A DNA stretch of 64,000 nucleotides, taken from assembly GCA_035533775.1 (NCBI GenBank), contig DATLTA010000057.1, positions 2,836-66,835 on the forward strand. Direction: 5' to 3'. The stretch is from Candidatus Dormiibacterota bacterium (GTDB lineage: Bacteria; Acidobacteriota; Terriglobia; Acidiferrales; UBA7541). This document shows, piece by piece, positions 47,908-58,714 of the stretch. Within the stretch, counting starts at the first letter, position 1. The number at the start of each line of letters is the position of its first letter. Made by a program: the position numbers and the translations under genes. The notes beneath the pieces are model-generated. The model saw only the letters and a list, made by a program, of their open reading frames with translations, had not been told where the DNA came from and made no database searches.

Positions 47908-48579
47908 TTATCCCGCACTGCGAGATGCCGCGGAGGCTGCCACTTCGATGAATGCACGCGCGCGCGCGCCCGGGTCCGGGGCGGCGATCAGGTCGCGCAC
48001 CACGGCCAGCGAATCGGCGCCGGCGCGATAAACCTGGGCCGCGCGCTCCAGCGTGATGCCGCCGATGGCCACCAGCGGTTTTGCCGTCAATTGACGCGCG
48101 CGCCGCAAAAGTTCCGTCCCCACAACGGCATCCGGATTTTTCTTGGTTGTCGTGGGAAAAACCGGGCCAAACGCGATGTAGTCCGCGGAGGTAAGGTTCG
48201 CCGCCGCCACCTGTTCGAGCGTGTGCGTGGATACGCCCACCCAAAAATCATTCTTGAGGTTGCGACCGGCAATGGCCCCGCCGCAAACGGCGCGCGATTC
48301 TTCCACGCCTAAATCTTCCTGCCCCACGTGCACGCCGCCGGCGCCCGCGAGCAGCGCGATATCCGGCCGGTCATTCACGATAAATCGCACGCCGCGCGCG
48401 CCGAGGATTGCGGAAAGTTGCCGGGAAATTTCGAAATTTTCGCGGGAAGAAGCCGTCTTATTGCGGTATTGAACCAGTTCGACCCCTGATCCTGCCAGCG
48501 TTTCGGCCAAAACCAGCTCCGATCCGGTCAACAAAGTGGAATCGATTATGGCATAGAGGCGAGGGAACACAAGTTTCAT
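47908..48579 (-). CDS. thiE: thiamine-phosphate synthase
   Basis: LYAIID, VQYRNK, FIVNDRPDIA, GVHVGQEDL, ADYIAFGPVFPT and VAIGGI blocks. Confidence 0.9.
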   Translation of the reverse strand: MKLVFPRLYAIIDSTLLTGSELVLAETLAGSGVELVQYRNKTASSRENFEISRQLSAILGARGVRFIVNDRPDIALLAGAGGVHVGQEDLGVEESRAVCGGAIAGRNLKNDFWVGVSTHTLEQVAAANLTSADYIAFGPVFPTTTKKNPDAVVGTELLRRARQLTAKPLVAIGGITLERAAQVYRAGADSLAVVRDLIAAPDPGARARAFIEVAASAASRSAG

Positions 48580-48585
48580 GTGGAT

Positions 48586-49935
48586 TTATCCAGCCGAACG
48601 TGTGGCGAATCGGTCAAGGAAGTGGGTATCCAGGCGGCCCGCGGCAAAATCCGGATCGGCCATGATTTTTCGCTGCAGGGGGATGGAGGTCTTAATCCCT
48701 TCGATCACGAACATCTCCAGCGCGCGCCGCATCCGCGCGATGGATTCGCCGCGCGTGTCGCCATAGGCAAGCAGCTTAGCCACCAGCGAATCGTAATACG
48801 GCGGGATGACTCCGTCGGCGTGCGCCGCCGTATCCACGCGGATTCCGGGGCCGCCGGGCGTTCGAAACACGGTAATGCGTCCCGGCGAAGGCACGAAGGT
48901 TTCCGGATCTTCGGCGTTGATGCGGCATTCGATGGCATGCCCGCGGGAAACCGGCTGGCCGACCACATCTTCCAGTTTCTCTCCGGCGGCAAGACGTATC
49001 TGCGATTTGATCAGGTCCACGCCGGTGACCAGTTCCGTGACCGGGTGCTCGACCTGGATGCGGGCATTCATTTCAATGAAGTAAATCGAGCCGTCTTCAT
49101 CCATCAGGAACTCCACGGTCCCCGCGCTGCTGTAGCCAATTTGTTGCAAGGCCTCCACAACGCGCGCACCCAGTTCGGCGCGCTGTTTGGGGTCGACTGC
49201 CGGAGACGGCGATTCCTCCACAAGCTTCTGGTGGCGGCGCTGGATGCTGCATTCACGCTCGCCCAGGTGCATGACGCGCCCGTGCTTGTCTCCCAACACC
49301 TGAAATTCGATGTGGCGGGGCCGCTCGATGAACTTTTCGATATAGACGTCGGGCACGCCGAAGGCCTGCTGCGCTTCGTTGCGCGCCGTCACGAAGGCCG
49401 GGGCAAGCTCATCCTCACTGCGGACCACGCGCATGCCTCTGCCGCCGCCTCCCGCCGAAGCCTTTACGATTACCGGATATTTGATGCGGGCGGCTTCGAC
49501 CAGCGCGGCGGCCTCATCTGGCACAATTCCCTGCGAACCGGGCACGACGGGTACGCCTGCCGCCGACATCTCGCGGCGCGCCTGGTCCTTTTCCCCCATC
49601 ATGCGGAGTAAATCGGGCGAGGGGCCGATAAAATTGATATGGGAGGCCTCGCATACTTCCGCGAAGTTCGCATTTTCGGAAAGAAAGCCGTAGCCGGGAT
49701 GAATGGCGTCCACATTGGTGATTTCCGCGGCGCTGATCACCTGGGGGATGTTCAGATAGCTTTCGCTCGAGCGCGGCGGCCCGATGCATACGGCCTCGTC
49801 GGCAAAGCGGACATGCAGGGCGTTCCTGTCCGCCTCGGAGTACACCGCCACCGTGGCTATGCCGAGTTCCTTGCACGCATCGATCACGCGCAGGGCGATT
49901 TCACCGCGATTGGCAATTAGGATTTTTCGAAACAT
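48586..49935 (-). CDS. accC: acetyl-CoA carboxylase biotin carboxylase subunit
   Basis: [20 protein letters not shown]-grasp GGGGRGMR, and [14 protein letters not shown]. Confidence 0.96.
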   Translation of the reverse strand: MFRKILIANRGEIALRVIDACKELGIATVAVYSEADRNALHVRFADEAVCIGPPRSSESYLNIPQVISAAEITNVDAIHPGYGFLSENANFAEVCEASHINFIGPSPDLLRMMGEKDQARREMSAAGVPVVPGSQGIVPDEAAALVEAARIKYPVIVKASAGGGGRGMRVVRSEDELAPAFVTARNEAQQAFGVPDVYIEKFIERPRHIEFQVLGDKHGRVMHLGERECSIQRRHQKLVEESPSPAVDPKQRAELGARVVEALQQIGYSSAGTVEFLMDEDGSIYFIEMNARIQVEHPVTELVTGVDLIKSQIRLAAGEKLEDVVGQPVSRGHAIECRINAEDPETFVPSPGRITVFRTPGGPGIRVDTAAHADGVIPPYYDSLVAKLLAYGDTRGESIARMRRALEMFVIEGIKTSIPLQRKIMADPDFAAGRLDTHFLDRFATRSAG

Positions 49936-49965
49936 TTCAGGCCGGTGAAAACGAAAACTTGCCGA

Positions 49966-50529
49966 CTATTTCTTTTTTCCCGCGGGTCGCAGCGCAATCA
50001 GCGGTTCGCCATACTCCACCGGCTGACCGTTTTCGACTAAGATTCGCACGACTTCCCCGCTGACGTCCGCTTCAATTTCGTTCATCAACTTCATGGCTTC
50101 GATAATACATACGGTCTGCCCGGCCTCGACCACGTCACCAACACGGACATAAGGCCCGGATTCAGGGCTTGCGCCCGCATAGTAGGTGCCGACGATGGGC
50201 GACTTGATGACGTGCTGCTCTTCGGCCGCAGGGGTTGCCGGCGAGGCCGGTTCGGGCCCGGCGGACGGAGTTGCTTCCTCGGCCGGGGCCGGAGTTTCCG
50301 CCAGTACCTTGGGAACGGCTGGCGAGGACGCGACCGGCAGCGCCATGCCTTTCGGCGCGCTGGATGGCGTAACGGCCTTTTTCAGCCGGATGCGCAGGTC
50401 CCCATGAGCGTATTCGAACTCCTCAAGGCCATGCTCGGACATGAACGACAGCAAACGCTCCAGCTGCCCGAGATCTATCCCGGGCACAGCAACGTCGGCG
50501 GCTTGCGATTGTTTTTTAGATCCCTTCAT
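49966..50529 (-). CDS. accB: acetyl-CoA carboxylase biotin carboxyl carrier protein
   Basis: Ala/Pro linker and biotinyl block [14 protein letters not shown]. Confidence 0.95.
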   Translation of the reverse strand: MKGSKKQSQAADVAVPGIDLGQLERLLSFMSEHGLEEFEYAHGDLRIRLKKAVTPSSAPKGMALPVASSPAVPKVLAETPAPAEEATPSAGPEPASPATPAAEEQHVIKSPIVGTYYAGASPESGPYVRVGDVVEAGQTVCIIEAMKLMNEIEADVSGEVVRILVENGQPVEYGEPLIALRPAGKKK

Positions 50530-50531
50530 AA

Positions 50532-51614
50532 TTAGAGTTCGAGGAATTCCCGAGGAACAGTGGTCAGAATTTCACATCCGCGGGGCGTCACCAGGGCATC
50601 GTCTTCGAGACGAATTCCCCCAACGCCTTCCATGTATACCCCTGGTTCCAAAGTCACCACGTTACCGGCCTCCAACTTCCTTTTTTGGCCACGAGCGATC
50701 CGGGGATCCTCATGAATTTCCAAGCCGATCCCATGGCCCGTGCTGTGGACAAAATAGCGACCCAACCCTTTATGTTGGAGCACGTTGCGGGCTGCCGCGT
50801 CCACTGCACCAGCCGCTACTCCAGATTTGAGCGCATCGCGTGCCGCGCTCTGCGCTTCCAGAACTGCTTGGTACCAGCGGCGGACCCTCAGAGGCGCCCG
50901 GCCAACATAAACGGTACGTGTAAGATCGCTACAGTAGTGGCGCAGTATAGCACCCAGGTCCAGCACGACCAACTCGTTTTTCCCGATTCGACGCTCGGTG
51001 GGCCCCGCATGGGGCAACGCAGACCTCGGCCCGGAAGCTACAATCGCCTCGAACGACTCCCCGGAAGCGCCCTTTCGGCGCATCCGGTAGCCAATTTCCG
51101 CTGCGATGTCGATTTCTGTGACGCCGGGCCGGATCAATCCAATGGCTTCCTGCATGACCTCGGAGCCAAGGCGCGCGGCGTCTCGAATCCGGTCAATCTC
51201 AAAAGGGTCCTTGACGGCGCGGAGATCGTCCACGATTCCGTCTATCCCCATCCACCGGATGTTCTTTCCCGCGAACTTCCTGAGCGCCTTCCAACCTGAC
51301 AGCGTGAGCCGCGAAGGGGCGACAGCAACTCGGGGCCGCGCCTTCTTTTTCAAATGTTCGGCGACGGCCTCCAGAAGCGAGCCTCGATGGATGCGCACAC
51401 GGAATCCGGGGGCTTCCTGTTTCGCCTGAATGGTGAACCGCCCATCGGTAAACAAGGTCGCCGAGGAGGATTCCACCAGCAGCGCGCCGGAGTCTCCCGA
51501 AAACCCGCTCAGGTAATAAACATTGGGCGGGTGCGTCTCCAGCAGCGCGTCGACTCCCAGCGCGGCGAGAGCGGCGCGCAGCGTCTTGATTCTCTTTGTG
51601 GCAGGCATGTGCAT
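50532..51614 (-). CDS. pepP: Xaa-Pro aminopeptidase (M24B family)
   Basis: Creatinase-like N-domain plus M24 metal ligands (DLG...[30 protein letters not shown]). Confidence 0.88.
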   Translation of the reverse strand: MHMPATKRIKTLRAALAALGVDALLETHPPNVYYLSGFSGDSGALLVESSSATLFTDGRFTIQAKQEAPGFRVRIHRGSLLEAVAEHLKKKARPRVAVAPSRLTLSGWKALRKFAGKNIRWMGIDGIVDDLRAVKDPFEIDRIRDAARLGSEVMQEAIGLIRPGVTEIDIAAEIGYRMRRKGASGESFEAIVASGPRSALPHAGPTERRIGKNELVVLDLGAILRHYCSDLTRTVYVGRAPLRVRRWYQAVLEAQSAARDALKSGVAAGAVDAAARNVLQHKGLGRYFVHSTGHGIGLEIHEDPRIARGQKRKLEAGNVVTLEPGVYMEGVGGIRLEDDALVTPRGCEILTTVPREFLEL

Positions 51615-51646
51615 AAAAAGAAGGGAGGAGACCGAAGCCTCCTCCC
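51615..51646 (-). terminator. rho-independent terminator after pilQ, abutting the pepP start codon
   Basis: Perfect 8-bp stem GGGAGGAG/CTCCTCCC with an 8-nt loop, then TTCTTTTT on the minus strand, ending 1 nt before the ATG at 51614. Confidence 0.65.
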
Positions 51647-51675
51647 GAATGACCCGGCGATCAAACGCGCGTGAC

Positions 51676-53595
51676 TTATCCCGGTAAAATTCGAGGCGTC
51701 ACGAAAAACAACAGTTCCTGGGTCGATACGCTGATCGAAGTGTGTTTGAACAGGTTTCCAATCAACGGCATGCTTCCCAGCAGAGGAACCTGGTCAACAC
51801 TGGTGGTCTGGTTGTTCACAACCACCCCGCCAATTGCCACTGTGCCGCCATCATTGACCAGCACTTTGGTCTGGGTGGACTGGGTATCCAGTGCCGGCAT
51901 CCCTTGAATGCGGGCGATGCCCTGGTCGATTTGCGTGTTTTCAACCGTGATGTCCAGGAAAACAGTGCCCGCCGCCGTAATCTGCGGCGTCACTTCCAGC
52001 TTCAGCACGGCGTCCACATACTGCACGGCGATCGTGTTGTTGATGCTGGTCTGAATCGGTATCTTCGTACCCTGCTTCACGGTCAGCTTCTCGTTGTTTT
52101 GGGTTATGCCCTTCGGTTCGGACAAGACCTTGCCCACGCCACGGCTTTCCATGAGGCTGAGCATGAAGTCGAGAGCAAAGTTAGGGCTGCTGAAGATGTA
52201 CGTCAGCCCGCTGGTGGCAGCCGTCGCGGCAAGGTTGGTCGCCAAAGGCATTTGCACGCCTACCGCGGTTCCCGGAGATTGTGCCCCCGAGCCGACGACG
52301 TACGCCGGGGAGGAAAATGGCGGAATTACCGTTCGAATGACCGGGCTGGTTCCCACTGAGGTATTTCCGCCGAATGTATTGTTCCCGGCTCCGAAGGAAT
52401 AGGCGAGTTGCGTGCCGATTTCCCGCGCAAAGGAGCGCGAGGCCTGTACCACGCGGGCGTCGATTTCCACCTGCTTGGACTTGCGGTCCAACTGCCGCAG
52501 CAAATCATCGATCTTGGGTATGGAAGATGGAATGTCGCGAATGATCAGGGTGTTCGAGCGAGCGTCGGCATAAATAGTGCCGCGGGGCGACAGAAACGTC
52601 TTGAGGGTGCCCACCATGGAATTAGCCTGCGCGTAGCTGAGAACGCGCGTGACCGTCACCGGCTCGATGGCATCGGATTGTGCCTTCAAGAGCTCGCGGC
52701 GCTGGTCTGCTTCGCTCTTCAAGGTCGCCTGCGTCGCAATCCGCAGGACGTTGCCATCGATTTCCTTGGTCAGCCCGTTGTTGCGCAACACAATGTCCAA
52801 CGCCTGATCCCAGGGCACCTGATCGAGAACCAGTGTGACCGTACCGTGCACCGCGGGATCCAAAACCACGTTCAACCCGCTGATTTCATGAATCAGCCGG
52901 AAAAAGTCCTTCAGGTCAACGTCTTTCAGGTTCACCGAAATCGGGGCGCCTGTATACTTTTTCCCGTCATAGGACGCCAACTGCGGCGCTGCCTGCGGAA
53001 CAGGCTCTGCCGCAGGAGCGGCGGGAACATTCGCGGGACTCGCAAACCCCATGTCCTTGCCTGTCAGCCAGGTCGGCAGCGGCATTTTCGGAACGTTCAG
53101 CGTCGCCGTTTTTTCCGGGGCGGGTTTTCGGATCGCGCGGAAAGAAGCCGGAGTTGCCTGGGCGGCCGGCGCAGTGAAGGAAACCGTTATGCTGGAGCCT
53201 TCCTGCTGAATCTTATAGGGAACGAATTTCGCCAGATCGATGACCACACGGGATTTTTCGGCATTTGGTTTTCCCATGCGGACCTGCAGCACCGGCGCAT
53301 ATTCGCTGGGCACACGGTGGTGCGCTGCGGCCAGGCGCGTATCCGAGAAATCCAGGACCAGGCGAGGCGGCGAGTTCAGATGTGAAGTCCGGTAGTGAAG
53401 CGCCCCGGTCCCGTCGATGCGCACCGTCGTCTGTTGCCCGGTGTGGGCCACTTGGACTGTGGAAATTGAGGGTTTTTGCGCAGCCGTGCTCGCGCTGGCC
53501 TCTGCAGCCAATTGCGCGCATGCAGGCAGAGCCGCCACCGCGGCGCTCGCCAGCAGTAGGCAACCGAACCCGAAGGCCGGCCATTTGATCTTCAT
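51676..53595 (-). CDS. pilQ: type IV pilus secretin PilQ
   Basis: Signal peptide, AMIN-like N-terminal region, and secretin C-domain (VLVNDGGTVAIGG...VPLLGSMPLIGNLF...ELLFFVTPRI). Confidence 0.92.
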   Translation of the reverse strand: MKIKWPAFGFGCLLLASAAVAALPACAQLAAEASASTAAQKPSISTVQVAHTGQQTTVRIDGTGALHYRTSHLNSPPRLVLDFSDTRLAAAHHRVPSEYAPVLQVRMGKPNAEKSRVVIDLAKFVPYKIQQEGSSITVSFTAPAAQATPASFRAIRKPAPEKTATLNVPKMPLPTWLTGKDMGFASPANVPAAPAAEPVPQAAPQLASYDGKKYTGAPISVNLKDVDLKDFFRLIHEISGLNVVLDPAVHGTVTLVLDQVPWDQALDIVLRNNGLTKEIDGNVLRIATQATLKSEADQRRELLKAQSDAIEPVTVTRVLSYAQANSMVGTLKTFLSPRGTIYADARSNTLIIRDIPSSIPKIDDLLRQLDRKSKQVEIDARVVQASRSFAREIGTQLAYSFGAGNNTFGGNTSVGTSPVIRTVIPPFSSPAYVVGSGAQSPGTAVGVQMPLATNLAATAATSGLTYIFSSPNFALDFMLSLMESRGVGKVLSEPKGITQNNEKLTVKQGTKIPIQTSINNTIAVQYVDAVLKLEVTPQITAAGTVFLDITVENTQIDQGIARIQGMPALDTQSTQTKVLVNDGGTVAIGGVVVNNQTTSVDQVPLLGSMPLIGNLFKHTSISVSTQELLFFVTPRILPG

Positions 53596-54149
53596 TGCTG
53601 TTCTCCTGGACTTGGGTAAAGCCGCTTGGTCACCTGTCGTTCTATCGGTTTTCCAAATGCGTCCTTGCCAAACTCGTGGAACGATATGGAATCAAGTGAG
53701 ATTTTTTCAACCGTCCCGTCATACAACTTGTCGCCATCCTTCAAAAAATAAACACGATTCTGCGGGTTGGAAACGATTGCGATCATTCCGTGCGAATCGT
53801 CCACAATTCCGTTGATTCTCAGAGTGGCCACGATGAGTCCCGCCTTGCCGGGAGGCAGATTTCGCGGAGGCCCGCCGCCCGTTCCAGCCTTGTTGAGCAG
53901 CGTTTCGAACGGATCACGGCGTCTCGCGGCTGCTTTTACCCCGGCCGGCTTTTCGGCACGGGACCTTGCGGACCTGGCTGTTCCCGTTTGCGATTTGGCG
54001 GTGGCCTGCCCCATCAATCGATTGCGCACAGCATTGGGTTGTACGTTCGAATGTTCCTGCGCAAACGCGCAGGGTGCCAGGAACGCCGGCAACGCCAGCA
54101 ACAATAGTGTTCGCGAAAGCTTTGCGAGTCGCATAGTCAGTCGGCTCAA
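53592..54149 (-). CDS. pilP: pilus assembly protein PilP-like
   Basis: Signal/lipoprotein-like N-terminus and C-terminal beta domain (LRINGIV...AIVSNP..RVYFLKDGDKLYDGTVEKISLDSISF). 4-nt overlap with the pilQ start. Confidence 0.65.
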   Translation of the reverse strand: MSRLTMRLAKLSRTLLLLALPAFLAPCAFAQEHSNVQPNAVRNRLMGQATAKSQTGTARSARSRAEKPAGVKAAARRRDPFETLLNKAGTGGGPPRNLPPGKAGLIVATLRINGIVDDSHGMIAIVSNPQNRVYFLKDGDKLYDGTVEKISLDSISFHEFGKDAFGKPIERQVTKRLYPSPGEQQ

Positions 54150-54155
54150 TTCCGC

Positions 54156-54791
54156 CTAACGACGGGCGGGTTGATTCTTTGCAGCCGGGGATGGTGCGGA
54201 ATCCCCTGGCTTGCTGAAAAACGTGGTAATCAGGCACTGGCCAGTTACCGTGGTACCCGGGCGCAACGGATATTGTGAATTCTTCGTAGCGCTTAGACCG
54301 CTGAAACTCAGATCTCCCACATTGATGATCCGGGAGAGCCGGCTAAGCCTGGAAAAGAAATTGTCGATGTTGAAATAGGGCCCATCGACAGCGACCTCAA
54401 ATGGCAGTTCGTAGTGATAGTCCTTGGGCACTACGGGTTTCGCAGTCAGGCTGCGAATTTGCACGCCCGAGGCCGAGGCCGCACCCTGCAGCAGGCGCAT
54501 GAATTCGTCCACTTCCTTATCCTCAGGCACGATCGTCTTAAGGGTATCCAGCTGCTTTTGCAGCGCCGCCATCTGAAGCTTGAATTCCGCATTGCGCCGC
54601 TCATACACCTGCAACTCGGCCACCTGGCGATTCAAATCCGAATCCTTATTGTGATTCGCGTCCAGCGTGTTGCGCAGGGAGGCCACCGGAGACATGGGCA
54701 CATATTCACCAGCCCCGATAATGACCAGCAGGAGCGCAAAGAAGATTAGCGCCTGGAGATACCATGGATATTCGCGAATCGAAATCGCCAT
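54156..54791 (-). CDS. pilO: type IV pilus inner-membrane component PilO
   Basis: Single TM, coiled coil, and position within the pilMNOPQ order. Confidence 0.75.
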   Translation of the reverse strand: MAISIREYPWYLQALIFFALLLVIIGAGEYVPMSPVASLRNTLDANHNKDSDLNRQVAELQVYERRNAEFKLQMAALQKQLDTLKTIVPEDKEVDEFMRLLQGAASASGVQIRSLTAKPVVPKDYHYELPFEVAVDGPYFNIDNFFSRLSRLSRIINVGDLSFSGLSATKNSQYPLRPGTTVTGQCLITTFFSKPGDSAPSPAAKNQPARR

Positions 54792-54799
54792 CGATCCCC

Positions 54800-55435
54800 C
54801 TAAATCTTTCCCGGCTTGCGGGCCGCGGGCGCGCCGGCACCAGGCGCGCTGGCGGTCGCCTGCGCATTACCCGGCAGGCCGAATTTTGCCGTCAATGTAA
54901 AATCGAAGATCTGCACGGCTTTGTCGGTTGTGTCCTGGTGGGATTCCTTGATTTCCACTTGCTGGAAATAGCCCGATCGCTTCAGCTGCGTAATGTAGTT
55001 GGCGACGGCGTTGATCGAGCCTGCCGATCCGATGATGGTTAAGTCATCGCCTTTCCGGGCAACCGAAGTCAGCCAAAGAGTGTCCGTGCGGTCCACCGTA
55101 TTGGCAATGGCGTCCATAAATTCCTGGCCACCGGTGCGATTGCGCTGCAACTGCTCGATCACGGCAATGCGCTGCTGCAGAACGCCCTTTTGCTTCTCAA
55201 AGTTTTCCACCTGCACTTTCAGCTGTTCCAGGCGAGCCTTCTCCCCCATCTGTTTCTGGATGTGCGCAAGGACGCGCGTATTTTCGCGATCCATCAGCAA
55301 ATAGTGGCCATAGAGGGTTCCCATGCTCACAAGGAGAGCGACCGCGAGAAGCACATATTGCAGGCTCGCCTCCATCGGCACGGAGGTGCGCGTCGCTTTG
55401 GGCCGTGTTCTTCCCAGCAGGTTGATGCGGATCAT
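54800..55435 (-). CDS. pilN: type IV pilus inner-membrane component PilN
   Basis: MIRINLLG N-terminus, single TM, and 4-nt overlap with pilM. Confidence 0.8.
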   Translation of the reverse strand: MIRINLLGRTRPKATRTSVPMEASLQYVLLAVALLVSMGTLYGHYLLMDRENTRVLAHIQKQMGEKARLEQLKVQVENFEKQKGVLQQRIAVIEQLQRNRTGGQEFMDAIANTVDRTDTLWLTSVARKGDDLTIIGSAGSINAVANYITQLKRSGYFQQVEIKESHQDTTDKAVQIFDFTLTAKFGLPGNAQATASAPGAGAPAARKPGKI

Positions 55436-56484
55436 GGTTCGTCAAAACTCCTGAGCGCCAGACCTACGGCGATCGCTAGGCGCGGGGCAAGCTCACGAAT
55501 CTGATCTTCATTGTGCCGCGCGGGATTGATCACGATTTTGCGAAACGGATACATTTCCTCGACAGGAACTCCGAATTCTTCGCGAAGAATATCCATCAGG
55601 CCGGGAACGCGAGCGCTGCCGCCGGCTACAACGATTTTTTGAATGCTCTCGCCCGTCGCGGTGGCCCGGAAAAAGTCAAACGTCTTCTGGATTTCCAGAA
55701 CCAAAATATCGGTTACCGAACGCAGAATCGTTCCGCGGTGTTCCTCGGCGACGCCGGCAATGTTCTCGCCCTTCTTCAATCGTTCCGCGTCATCAAAGCT
55801 CAGGTCGAGTTCCTTTTGCAGGGCGTCGGTATACTGATTGCCTCCGACGGAAACGTCGCGCGTAAACAGCGGAATGCCGCCGCGCACGATGTTGATGTTC
55901 ATGACGCTGGCGCCGATATTGAGCAGGGCGATCGTCTGGCTCAGGTCAGGATCGTAATTGACTTCATAGCAGTTTTGCAGCGCAAAGGCGTCAATATCCA
56001 CGACCATCGAATTTTTTCCCGCCTGCGCCAGCACGTTGGTGTGATTTAAGATCTTGTCTTTCTTCACGGCCACCAGCAGAACGTCCAATTGCGAATCCAC
56101 GGACTCGAGCAGTTGATGGTCCAGATTGACGTCCGCGATGTCGAATGGAATGTGTTGGCTGGCCTCTTCCTGGATGCGGTCGTACAACTCATCTTCGGTC
56201 ATCATGGGAAGCGTGACCCGCTTGACGATCACCGAGTGCCCGGAAACCGCGGTCGCCACGTCCTTCGTCTTTATCTTTTGTGTCTCGAAGATGTTACTGA
56301 TGGCGTTGGCAACCAGCGGAGCGTCCATAATGGCTCCGTCGACGACGGTATCCTGAGCCAGCGGTTCCAAGCCGAAGCTGACCAGCTCGAAGCCGTGTTT
56401 GGTGCCCTTCAACTCGACGGCTTTGATGGAGTTCGAACCGATGTCCAAGCCCACCAGAGACTTTTGTTTTCCGCCACCGAACAT
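55432..56484 (-). CDS. pilM: type IV pilus assembly ATPase-fold protein PilM
   Basis: Actin-like fold blocks VGLDIGSNSIKAVEL, LNIGASVMNI and VVAGGSARVPGL. Confidence 0.92.
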   Translation of the reverse strand: MFGGGKQKSLVGLDIGSNSIKAVELKGTKHGFELVSFGLEPLAQDTVVDGAIMDAPLVANAISNIFETQKIKTKDVATAVSGHSVIVKRVTLPMMTEDELYDRIQEEASQHIPFDIADVNLDHQLLESVDSQLDVLLVAVKKDKILNHTNVLAQAGKNSMVVDIDAFALQNCYEVNYDPDLSQTIALLNIGASVMNINIVRGGIPLFTRDVSVGGNQYTDALQKELDLSFDDAERLKKGENIAGVAEEHRGTILRSVTDILVLEIQKTFDFFRATATGESIQKIVVAGGSARVPGLMDILREEFGVPVEEMYPFRKIVINPARHNEDQIRELAPRLAIAVGLALRSFDEP

Positions 56485-56881
56485 GTCGAAACCCCTCTAG
56501 GACTCGCTGCCACTTCCTGGCTGCAGGATCATTCTGTCTCTATCTTCGTGGCCCGTTTTAACTGTCGCGTCTGCGGCGACATTCCTGCGCTTCAACCAAC
56601 CTGATTACGCCAGCGAACCCTCTACGGCCCGGAATTTGGTGCGGAAAAGCCCACTTCGCTACACCTGATAACTGTGAACACATACCGCGCACAGCGAATT
56701 TGGCATCCAGGCCCCTGAGTGTCAAGCAATCGGATTCGCAAGTTGCTCTGAGGAATACTGGTTAGGGGGCTGAACGAGCGGGCAGGTTAAGGGCAAAAAA
56801 CACTATAAATATGGTTCAAGTACTCCTAGTACTACTATTACTAGTGTCTGCTTCAAGGACACATTTTTCGGGAAATTCCTG

Positions 56882-58348
56882 TTATCCCTTGAGCCCCAGC
56901 GTATGCCACATTGCGTCGATGCGTTGCTTGGTCTCCGCGTCCATCACAATTTCGTCCGGCCACGGGCGCCGGAATCCCTCACTCTCCCACTTGCGCGTCG
57001 CGTCAATCCCCATTTTAGAGCCGTAGTCCTGGATGCGCGAAGCGTGGTCCAGCGTATCCGCCGGGCCCATGGCAAACTCGACGTCCCTTTGCGGATCGAT
57101 GGCGCAAAGCGATTTCCACGTGACTTCGCTGAAGTTCTGCACGTTCACGTCGTGGTCGACGACGACAACAACCTTCGTGAACATGGCCTGCCCCAGCGAC
57201 CAGATGGCATGCATGATTTTGCGCGCGTGGCCCGGATAAGACTTGCGGATCGACACAATCATCAGGTTATGGAAGACGCCCTCGGCCGGCATGGCAACGT
57301 CCACAATCTCCGGATACTGCATTTTCATGACCGGGAGAAAAACGCGTTCGACCGCGTGCCCCATGAAAAAGTCCTCCTGCGGCGGCGGGCCGACGATCGT
57401 CGTCAGGTAGATGGGATCGCGGCGGTGGGTCACGCAGGTCACGTGAAAAACGGGAAACTCCCCTTCCAGCGAATAAAAGCCCGTGTGATCGCCGAAAGGG
57501 CCTTCCGTGCGCATTTCCTTCAGGTCCACATACCCTTCCAGCACGATTTCGGAGTTGGCGGGCACTTCCAGGTCGGAGGTTTCGCAGCGGACCATTTCCA
57601 CAGGGTCGCGGCGCAGAAAGCCGGCAAACATCATTTCGTCGAGGTCCGGAGGAATCGGCAAAATGCCGGACAGGCACGTCATGGGGTCGGAACCGATGGC
57701 GACGGCCACGTCAATGCGCCCGTCGGGATTGGCGGCGCGAGCGCGGCGAAAATGCTCGGCGCCATGCTTTTGCGTTTGCCAGTGCATGCCGGTGGTGCGC
57801 TCGTCATACACCTGCATGCGATACACGCCGACGTTGCGTTTCCCGGTTTCCGGATTGCGCGTGAAGACGAGCGGCCAGGTGATGAACCGCCCCGCGTCCT
57901 TCGGCCAGCACTGCAGGATCGGAAACTCAAGCAGGGAGAAATTTTCGCGCTGGATGACTTCCTTGCACGGCCCCGTCTTCACCGACTTCGGGAAAAACGA
58001 CCCAAGCTCGGCAAGCTTCGGCAGCATTTTGATTTTGTCGAGCAGCCCCTGCGGCGATTGCATGTCGAGAAAGCCGCGGATGCGCGCTCCCACTTCGTCC
58101 ACGTCGGAAACCTCCAGCGCCAGGTTCATGCGCCGCTCGCTGCCCAGCATATTGATGAGCAGGGGCACGCGCGAGCCCTTGGGCCGCTCGAATAGAAGCG
58201 CCGGGCCTCCGGCGCGGGTCACGCGATCGGTGATTTCCGTGATTTCGAGGACCGGATCGATTTCGGCGGTGATGCGCCGCAGTTCGCCCTCTTTTTCCAG
58301 CTTCTTGATGAATTCGCGCAAGTCTCGAAACGCCAAGCTGCCCTCCAC
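56882..58348 (-). CDS. UbiD-family (prenyl-FMN dependent) decarboxylase
   Basis: 488 aa with a GTG start. FRDLREFIKKLEKEGEL, PLLINMLGS, GVYRMQV and EGPFGDHTGYY-like (EGPFGDHTGFY) blocks. Confidence 0.9.
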   Translation of the reverse strand: MEGSLAFRDLREFIKKLEKEGELRRITAEIDPVLEITEITDRVTRAGGPALLFERPKGSRVPLLINMLGSERRMNLALEVSDVDEVGARIRGFLDMQSPQGLLDKIKMLPKLAELGSFFPKSVKTGPCKEVIQRENFSLLEFPILQCWPKDAGRFITWPLVFTRNPETGKRNVGVYRMQVYDERTTGMHWQTQKHGAEHFRRARAANPDGRIDVAVAIGSDPMTCLSGILPIPPDLDEMMFAGFLRRDPVEMVRCETSDLEVPANSEIVLEGYVDLKEMRTEGPFGDHTGFYSLEGEFPVFHVTCVTHRRDPIYLTTIVGPPPQEDFFMGHAVERVFLPVMKMQYPEIVDVAMPAEGVFHNLMIVSIRKSYPGHARKIMHAIWSLGQAMFTKVVVVVDHDVNVQNFSEVTWKSLCAIDPQRDVEFAMGPADTLDHASRIQDYGSKMGIDATRKWESEGFRRPWPDEIVMDAETKQRIDAMWHTLGLKG

Positions 58349-58497
58349 GTGATGACCAGCACCCGCCCGTGATTCCCGCGCACCCGCAACGCCGGAAAGA
58401 GCTCGTCCACGGGTAAACGCAAAAAGCGAACGGGCAACAGCGGCTGTTCCACGAACCTAACGCGCCACTCTAGCACGAAATCGCGGCCATTGAATTC

Positions 58498-58526
58498 TTG
58501 CAAGACTTCGGCGGGTTTGATAGCGT
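58498..58526 (+). promoter_or_regulatory. candidate promoter TTGCAA-N17-(TGA)TAGCGT for tRNA-Gly
   Basis: The -10 ends 9 nt before the mature tRNA 5-prime end. The box resembles the one upstream of gcvT. Confidence 0.45.
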
Positions 58527-58535
58527 TAAATCTGT

Positions 58536-58609
58536 GCGGGCGTAGTTCAATGGCAGAATAGAAGCTTCCCAAGCTTTAGACGTGGGTTCGATTCCCATCG
58601 CCCGCTCCA
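58536..58609 (+). tRNA. tRNA-Gly: tRNA-Gly (anticodon CCC), CCA encoded
   Basis: Cloverleaf folded by hand. Acceptor GCGGGCG/CGCCCGC, D stem GTTC/GAAT, anticodon stem GAAGC/GCTTT with loop TTCCCAA, 4-nt variable loop, T arm GTGGG-TTCGATT-CCCAT, discriminator T plus CCA. Confidence 0.93.
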
Positions 58610-58714
58610 TTTCTCCGCAAGGACTGTCAAAGATTCCGTTCCTACCAGGTTTCTTGAGCCGAGGCGCAATGCGCGCGCTTTTGCGCACATTGGGGGAGGG
58701 GGGGAGTAGAAAAA

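Noticed and set aside
56826-56863. AT-rich CTAGTA-N7-TACTAG repeat and GTGTC-N9-GACAC hairpin between ubiD and pilM, considered as a regulatory site or terminator
   Set aside because: The stems are short and weak with no T-run on the transcribed (minus) strand. I could not distinguish this from chance in the only AT-rich patch of the spacer. A TTGACA-N17-CAAATT promoter candidate at 56698-56725 is equally weak.
58349-58714. Genomic island or prophage integration at tRNA-Gly(CCC)
   Set aside because: There is no integrase, excisionase or phage gene on either side. I saw no direct repeat of the tRNA 3-prime end, and the flanks are ordinary chromosomal genes (ubiD, PilZ).
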